From NCBI GenBank assembly GCA_951406725.2, contig OX597822.1, forward strand, positions 31,124,001 through 31,188,000: DNA of 64,000 nucleotides. The letters are read 5' to 3'. The notes below the pieces were generated by a model. That model saw only the letters and a list, made by a program, of their open reading frames with translations, ran no database searches and had not been told where the DNA came from. The translations under genes and the position numbers were made by a program. Each line of letters opens with the position of its first letter. Within the stretch, counting starts at the first letter, position 1. Origin of the DNA: Octopus vulgaris. Taxonomy: Eukaryota. Shown here in pieces: positions 56,046-64,000 of this stretch.

Positions 56046-57995
56046 CACTGTGTTCGGATCGATAACCCTGAAAATAAACGATTGCGTATGTTAGTATGGT
56101 TTTCATCATATGTCAGTTTGATCATGGTAGATTTGGAACTAAATACAATACAAAATCGTCAGTACGTGACATAAATTGTAGATATACTTCAACATCTCGG
56201 CTACGGATTACATCAAACATGCTACTACAACGGAGTTTATCTTAATGACGCGTCGCACTGATTCTAGTAAAAGAGGGACAATATCTCATCATATTTTCCA
56301 TACCCAAATAAAACAGCAGGAAATGTTGACTTCTATAGTAAAATTTCCAAGATTAGTTTAAAGCGGTAGTTCAGTAATAAAACAAACCCTGAGATGACCA
56401 AATATGTGAGAATATGATTTGAATGGAACACACTGAGGTTTCTAACCACATCTATATGTGTAATATTGATGGGATTCTCCAATTATTGTGTGTGTGGAGG
56501 GGTGCTTTGCAAGTGCTGGTTGTGGAGCGTCAAGCAGGAATCATAAACAGATTGCCAAGAATCTGACAGTAGAATCACAAACTCTACAGCCTGGAAGTTT
56601 GTCGTTTTCCCTCTGGAGGAGTGACCTAATAACATATCCCCAAATACTTTATAATGTGCTCTCTACAGCTCATGGCGATGTGATGACAATTGAAATGGCA
56701 GGTAATCTGAAGTTTCCATCAAATTTCACCAAGTCTTTGATGAGAGCAAACATCACGTTAATGGTATGAGAACGAGACGTCTTAAATTTATTGGCGACAA
56801 ATGTACTCTGGAAGGACGGAGTAGGGGAGACACATGAGAAGGTCAAAATATTAGGTGTGGTTGAGGAACGTTGTAAATGAAAATGTCAGTGCAAGTGATT
56901 ATCGTGGGTTTGATTGTAGATTCTCTAGGAAAGACGATAGAACTCTATATGATTTGAGAATGATTCGAAGATACACACTGACCGTGGGAGCTGGAAAATA
57001 GCACAAAATTTAAAAGAAAAAGAACGAATCAAAAAACAAGTAGACATTTCACCATAAATGGAATACAGCTACGTCCAGCAAAATACCATTTCGACACAAG
57101 AAGGGATCACATGAACCTCTGATGCGTCACACAAAAGCGGGTGCATATAGAAAATGCTGAGTTTTCTGGTGACTCCATGTTACAATGCTGATAATTTGGC
57201 CTTGTAATGTTTGCGGAGATATTTGAAGTGTGAATAATTATAAAGTTTAAGTAATTACACCATATACAATACGTGCACTTGAGTTCGAAACAGCAGCAAC
57301 AGTTTCTGCCTCTGAACAACTTATTTCCCACAAGCCGACAGCATCAAAAGTAATCAGTGCACTTTGAAAATTAACCATGTCTGATTTCAATACTGTGCTT
57401 TTTGAAGAGTTAATTTGATATAAATTACAATACCTTTGGGACTTAACAATTGTTGATAATTTTCCATCAAATCTATCGTCTCATGTTCGTTTGTTTTTGT
57501 GTATACATGCTAAATTGTTTTAACTTACCAATGTACATTATTAAATATTCTAACACCTATTTCATTTTCTTTTGAGACTTATATACTATACAAATCCCAC
57601 TGCTCTTATTTCCTACTGCTAAAACAGCATTTCTGAACAATGTATAACATTTCACCAATTCGAAATCAGTAACTTTATTTAATACATAATTGTTTTCATA
57701 TATACAACAAGTTATTATATCTTCTTTTTTTTTAAATCACGGTATAACATTAGATGCAAAAATCTATCAGGATTATATATACTGGTAATTTTCCTAATGT
57801 GAATACATAGAGGTTATCAATATGTTAAGCTACATGAATCTTCTGTTATATATCCTGTCTTGCAGATGTCAATACTCTTGTGTAATCATAGGTGGAATCC
57901 AATTCAGTGTCATCTTTCTAGTTTACTTAACAATAATATTTCATTTTTGGATTTGGTTTGCTAGATTTTTTATATGAGTTCATGTGTTGAAGCAT

Positions 57996-58358
57996 ATTCT
58001 GTTGTGTCTGGGGAGAGTCATTTTCTTTTTGCGCCTTATAATGTAACACATTCACCGGTAAAATTTCCACGTTTTTCTTATTTCTATTGTCCTAAAATTT
58101 TCTTTGCGTCTTGCAACCTTTTCAATACTGATTTCAATACTGTGCTTTTTGAAGATTTAATTCGATATAAATCACAATACCTTTGGAGCTTAACAATTAT
58201 GGATAATTGTCCATCAAAGCTATTGTCTCAGAAAAGGTTGCTAGACGGAAAGAAAAATTTTAGGACAATAGAAATAACAAAAACGTGGAAATGTTACCGG
58301 TGAGTGTGTTACATATTAAGGCAAAAAAGAAAATGATTCTCCCCACACACAACTGAAT
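57996..58358. mobile_element. Fold-back element (~128-bp arms, 103-bp spacer) with variant hammerhead
   Basis: Arms 57996-58123 and 58231-58358; minus strand TTGAAAA-G-GTTGC-AAGAC-GCAAA-GAAA-ATTT-TA at 58090-58128. Confidence 0.85.
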
Positions 58359-58759
58359 TAACGATAATAATTATTTCGTTTTTTTTTTTGCAGGCTGATG
58401 TTTGTTGATTAATTATCTTCTCCATTTTCTTCTTTGACTTATAAATTCTGGGTAAATTTCTGTATTACCCTTACTCATACCTATTATTCAATTAATTGTG
58501 CTACTGCCCTACAGCAGTGAACATTTGGATATAAATACATTAGTATGCATCCATTACTATATTGGATATTTATTATCCCTTAGATGGTTGTTTAACCTCT
58601 AACTCATACAGACGTATATATATATATATATATGTGTGTGTTTCTGTGTGTGTGTGTGTGTGCAATGTATTATCTGTTACCTTTTACTGGTTTCAGCCCA
58701 GGGCTGAGGTCATGCTGGTGCACCACCTATGGTCACTGCTGTTGTTTCCAGTATTGTTT

Positions 58760-59420
58760 TTGGTGAAGTAGCGAGTTGGACTGAGCTGCACTTCTTTGCC
58801 TCTCCTGCCGCGATGTGGGTTCATCTAGTATCTCAGATAGAAACCTGCCCAAACTTTCCTTGAAAATTTCCGCATCAACACCATGTAGATCTCCAAGGTT
58901 GCTTGGAAAGATGTTAAAAAAAATGCGGGCCCTTGAAACCCAGACTATTGCAGTTCTGTGTCTTTATTTTAGGTGGGGAAGACAGGATCTTTGGTATGAT
59001 GCAGTGCGGTCGAGTTTGATGACTGGTAGAGCTGTCAATTCTAAAATTGGGAATTAAATTCTCCAATATCTTCCAAATATATATCGCCGCATATCTCTCA
59101 CAACTTCTATCCAGGGAATAGAGACTCAGTTCTTTTAGCCTCTCCCAGTGGCCCACCTTTCGCATTGAGATAATCCTCTTTGTGTATTGGCACTGGATTG
59201 CTTCGAGTTCATTGTGTATTGACACTGGATTGCTTCGAGTTACTTCACACTCTCTGGGGTTCATAGTGGGGAGTAGTAGTCCAAGCAGCTGAGAACGAAA
59301 GTCTTTGGTAGGAGTAGCAAGGCCTTCTTTTTCCGATCCAGGGCTTTTTCTTGGTTTTGAATGTCCTCGGAATCCACCCAGCCACTCGCCTACACAGTGT
59401 TGCCATCTTGGTAATATGCA
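58760..59420 (-). mobile_element. CR1-like LINE 3' fragment
   Basis: ELEAIQCQYTKRIISMRKVGHWERLKELSLYSLDRSCERYAAIYIWKILENLIPNF; RRVAGWIPRTFKT. Confidence 0.88.
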
Positions 59421-59930
59421 CATGGAATGTGCACATATGCTTCCCCAAATTCCATTTACAAGACCGTTGTAAACGGCGGAATACAGCTAAAGGCGATGAA
59501 GTAAGAAACCATTGACTACTGTGCCGTGCTTGTGATTGAACCCGGAGGTACATCTTTGCGAAATGATACTTCATACACATAACCGTGCGTGCACCCTAAA
59601 GTACATCTGACACCTCAAAATGCTATGTGTCCTAGCCGAACTGAAACTGGGAGTGGCTTTTATCATTTTCGAATCTAAGAGAAATGAGTAATTGCAAGGC
59701 AATCTTTGTCCATTTGTCAAAGTATCTAATCATTCTACTTGTGTACGGGGCAGTAAGTCATTATAAATGACTCGGCGCCAGAATTATTACTGTGCAGAAT
59801 TTAGTATATTCCCTCAACATTTTTAATTAAATATTTATTTTGATGATATTGCTTTTCTTTCGCTGAGAGATCCATGAAAGTATTAATAGTACATTCAGTT
59901 ATATGGAAAGTATGACCAGGGAATAAATCA

Positions 59931-60068
<138 letters not shown>

Positions 60069-60100
60069 AGAGAGAGAGAGAGAGGGAGAGAGAGAGATAT

Positions 60101-60148
<48 letters not shown>

Positions 60149-61083
60149 GACGGATATAAGACTGAATATTTTCAGACAGAACAATGGAATGAGATTAAAT
60201 AAATTTACACTGTTTTTAAATTTTACATAATTTTGTCATTGTCATTGTCTGTTAATAAATACATGGATACGCGCATACATACATACGGTCATACATACGC
60301 ACATACCTGCATACATTCGTTCATATGTACATACGTACATACATACTTACGTACATACATTCGTACTTGATTGAAGCTTCTTCGTGTTTGAAATTTATGA
60401 GGAAGAGCGGCACACACTGAAGTGGCTAATTAAACCGAATCTTGACACTTTAGGGTTTAGTACTTTTAAAGTCAGAGTCAATTGTTGTACTACCATTCAC
60501 TCTTTAGAAATGGAATTCTGGCTAGAGTGACAAGCAAGCTGTGAGAAAGTAAAAGAAAATAATGAAATAATAAAAATAGTAAGGGAAAAGTTTAAAATAT
60601 CCATATTTTATGAGATTACATCTGATACTAAAGAATCACTTCCAGAAATATTCTCCACATGTTAAGAGAATTACATCTTATTTCAATTTAATGGGGGATA
60701 TAGCATATACTTCTGGAAGTGACTTCTTTACCATAAGATGTAATTTCATAATCTATGGATATTTTTCCCATCCTCTTACTATTATTATTATTATATTGTT
60801 ACATTTTACTTTCTAACATTTTAGATTCTTACCATTACGGACTTTCCTACCATTATGGACTCTCTGAAGGAGCTTTGGGGCTCAATTAATGTCCAACTCC
60901 TGTTTTACAATGTTGTGCCCTTCTCTTAGGTGAAATGTCTTGCAGAGTTGGAAGGCTCTTCTATCCTGGAGTTGTCAAAAGGAAATCTGAAAATTAATGG
61001 TCCATCTGTGAATCTCCATTCCTTGATTTCCGCATTGGCTCAGGAGGTTATCTTCCCAAAGCTTTTACATTCTCAAGACTCAG

Positions 61084-61118
<35 letters not shown>

Positions 61119-61454
61119 AGGGGAGGAGGAGAGGGTTAAATGGATATACAGGCAAAGAGATATATAAGTAGATAGGCACGCAGGTAATATGGATAAAAAG
61201 CACACACATACACAAATTGAGAAGCAAACCCATGATCATATACACACACGCACACTCCACAGACAAGGACACATATGGTGACACACATCCATACATAATC
61301 CGACGCATATACATAGTCACACAAAGCCATACATATAGACACACTCAAACAAGCACGTACAAGGAGGCAGAGGTACACACACACTCACCCAAACACACAA
61401 ATATGCACACACAAACACATGAATATGCAGAATACTTATATACAAACACACAGG

Positions 61455-61528
<74 letters not shown>

Positions 61529-61771
61529 TGCACATACCCCTCATACATACAATCATACATACATATGAGTATACTCATGGACACTGAGGCGCACACATGC
61601 GCACAAAGAAACAGGCTAAAAGAAGTCAGTTCCAATAATGGGCAGAGTTAACAACTATTGATCAGGGTGCAACAAGTAACAAAATTGTAGGAAAAAAGTG
61701 AACGGATATTGAACCAGTGAATATGTTAATTAATAAGGTATAGAACAGAATGAACATACCCAGATACAACA

Positions 61772-61859
<88 letters not shown>

Positions 61860-62173
61860 ATCCATATATGTTATCGATAGAGATGACAATATAGCTAGCC
61901 TCAATATCAATAATAAGAGTTGTCATATTAAAAAATATAACGGCGAAGTAGGAAAATAGAACATAATTGCCCTTAAAGGGATTTTGTGTAAGGAGAAATG
62001 TGTATAATTTGAGGTTTCAACCCCTAATGAATCAAAAAGGTAAACATGCGAAGTATAAGTGGTTTAAGTCTAGATATAGCGGGGACACAAATAAATTTAT
62101 TAATCAAGCAACACAAATTTCAACCGCACTGACTACACACATTAGTAAATTAAAAACGTGTAATAAAGAATTC

Positions 62174-62340
62174 AACCGGCAGAACCATTAGCATTATTTT
62201 TACGTTCCGAGTTCAAATTCCACCGAGGCCGGCTTTCCTTTCATCCTTTCGGCGTCGATACATTAATCACCAGTTGTGTACCGGTATCGATTTAAAAACC
62301 CTTCGCTAATATTTCTGGCCTTGTGTCTAGAGTAGAAAAG
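62174..62340 (+). mobile_element. Family B SINE inserted in the PLE endonuclease, 12-bp TSD
   Basis: AATAAAGAATTC at 62162-62173 and 62341-62352. Confidence 0.9.
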
Positions 62341-62775
62341 AATAAAGAATTCCGTCTAGATTGGTTTATCATACCGGAAACCACACCATACTATATACAC
62401 ACATCAGAAATTGTAAATTATGCACAAAAGAATCGATCAATATACTTCGCGCTGACAGAAAATTTTATTTAATAAGATCTCGGTTGTCATTATTCTTTGA
62501 AGAGATAAATATTTATGAACTTTTAAATTTTCTTTTTCCAAAAATAATTGGTTTATATGATTTTAACCTTTTTATCCTTTGGATTCATCTTAAAACTATT
62601 TTCTCAATAGCTTCATAATATATTCAAACATGTAAATTTAGCTCTTATTATACCCTATATATCTCACCAGAGCAGTACGTTCTTTTGACAGAGCATTCGA
62701 ATTTTAAAATTCTTAAATTTCTCATGTTGCTTAAAACTTAATATTTCAATAACTCTTTATAAATCCTCTTAGATT

Positions 62776-62863
62776 TTCTCTCATGAGAGAAATGTAGATA
62801 ATTGTTATGGTTGGAATTAACTCGCCCATACCAACATATATTTTCTCGAAACGTCCGTCAGAA
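62776..62863 (+). ncRNA. Type I hammerhead motif with long stem II (G5 mutated)
   Basis: TTCT-CTCATGA-GAGAAA...TTTCTC-GAAAC-GTCC-GTC-AGAA; stems I and II pair, stem III minimal. Confidence 0.75.
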
Positions 62864-63559
62864 TTTGCACCTGCTGAAGATTCTTCTTAAAATCATTTTA
62901 TACCTCTTTTTCATCTATTTGGATTGCCGCTTTACATTCAACATGTGCATATTTTAATATACCCATAGATTTTAATACAGACATACAACCTTGCAAGTAC
63001 ATTTATGTATTTATATATTTATATATTATATCATGTAAATATGAGAACACCTATGTATGCTGTGAAGTATTAGGATGGTTTGAAATATATTCAGTGAATA
63101 TGAACACTGACCGTTGAAATTTGTTCTCGCCTTCCTCTTTCCTTTTTCTCTCAACCCCCCTCACTCACATTTCTTGGCTCTCTCTTTAACTCCCACTATT
63201 TCCCCCTCGTTTATCTCCCCTGTACCTTTCCCTTTGATTTTTTTCTAATTCTTAAATCCCGCTGCACCATACCAATCTCTCCTCCTTCCACGTGGTCGAT
63301 GTCCGGCCACCCATGATCTTTCTTACTTGGCTTGACTGCCGACCGCCAACACCTCTTATGTCTATCTTCAATGTTCCTGCCTTTAGGATTTCACTTCATA
63401 CACGCCAGCTCAATTTGATTCCAAAGACACATTTGTAATTGTGTACCATGCTCCCTGTTTTTTTTTTTGTTTTTGTTGCCGTACACATTGGTATACAGGG
63501 TGCGATGTCACCGTTCTATATTTTTAATTTCGTAATTTCGCGCATGCACATTGTTTAAT

Positions 63560-63729
63560 ATAGTCCTATAATTATGAGATGAGGAATTATGTATATAATT
63601 TACATTTACTTTTCCGCTGATATTCCCTCCAGCCTTCATCAGACATCTTGGGGAAATTTCGGACCTTGGTTCTCATTCCTAACATATTTTTTGATGTTGT
63701 TGTGATTATTATTGTTGTTGTTGTTGTTG

Positions 63730-63815
<86 letters not shown>

Positions 63816-63903
63816 TTTACTGCCTGGAATCGAACTCTGAATCTTGGGGTTAGTAGGCCGCGCTCTTAAGCACTACACCATATACCCGTGGGCATATGGC
63901 GTA
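63560..63903 (-). mobile_element. tRNA-headed element with (AAT)n body and hammerhead-bearing PLE-type tail
   Basis: A-box TGGTGTAGTG (63880-63871), B-box GTTCGATTCC (63835-63826), (AAT)n/(AAC)n, CTGATGA-A-GGCTG...CAGCG-GAAA (63642-63611). Confidence 0.75.
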
Positions 63904-64000
63904 TTTGATAAGGAATAAGGCAGCATCTAACAACTTAAACAAGGAGACCGTCCAGAATAAATGCAGGAGTTTCCGAAGACGTCTGGAGTCCGTGGTTGAA

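Larger units (their letters stand above)
61880..63500 (+). mobile_element. Penelope-like element 3' half: decayed GIY-YIG endonuclease, 3' region and hammerhead
   Basis: CPLKGFCVRRNVY...FKSRYSG...STALTTHISKLK...RLDW...CKLCTKESINIL matches the PLE endonuclease motif order; starts at a TA/TG tract. Confidence 0.75.

Noticed and set aside
56400-57060. Possible exon or LINE fragment in a less AT-rich stretch (also 34140-34350 and 60800-61080)
   Set aside because: No motif or splice structure I could support by eye.
57996-58358. Classical MITE with long TIRs
   Set aside because: No clear TSD, homology extends beyond one arm only, and HHR-like motif plus a solo arm at 51861 fit a PLE-type inversion better.
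63812-63887. Functional tRNA gene
   Set aside because: No convincing acceptor stem; it runs into a microsatellite and repeat tail, so it is treated as a SINE-type head.

Overview
AT-rich, gene-poor eukaryotic DNA. Its SINE families and dense microsatellites resemble an octopus (coleoid cephalopod) genome; this assignment is from recall, not a search. I can support no intact protein-coding gene, and almost all listed ORFs are microsatellite translations. The window holds many copies of tRNA-derived SINEs, a non-autonomous Helitron, and decayed mariner, DD37D-like, CR1-like, probable Academ and possible piggyBac fragments. It also holds several Penelope-like element (PLE) remnants with RT-thumb and GIY-YIG pieces. 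The main signal is about 17 minimal type I hammerhead-ribozyme (HHR) motifs from several unrelated families. They sit in short modules that mostly end in (TA)n tracts. Many modules are fold-back palindromes, and several carry one HHR on each strand. Two families have a fixed U3-A8 core variant, and one HHR is fused to a tRNA-derived Pol III head. Base-pairings and translations were read by eye, and repeat boundaries are approximate.
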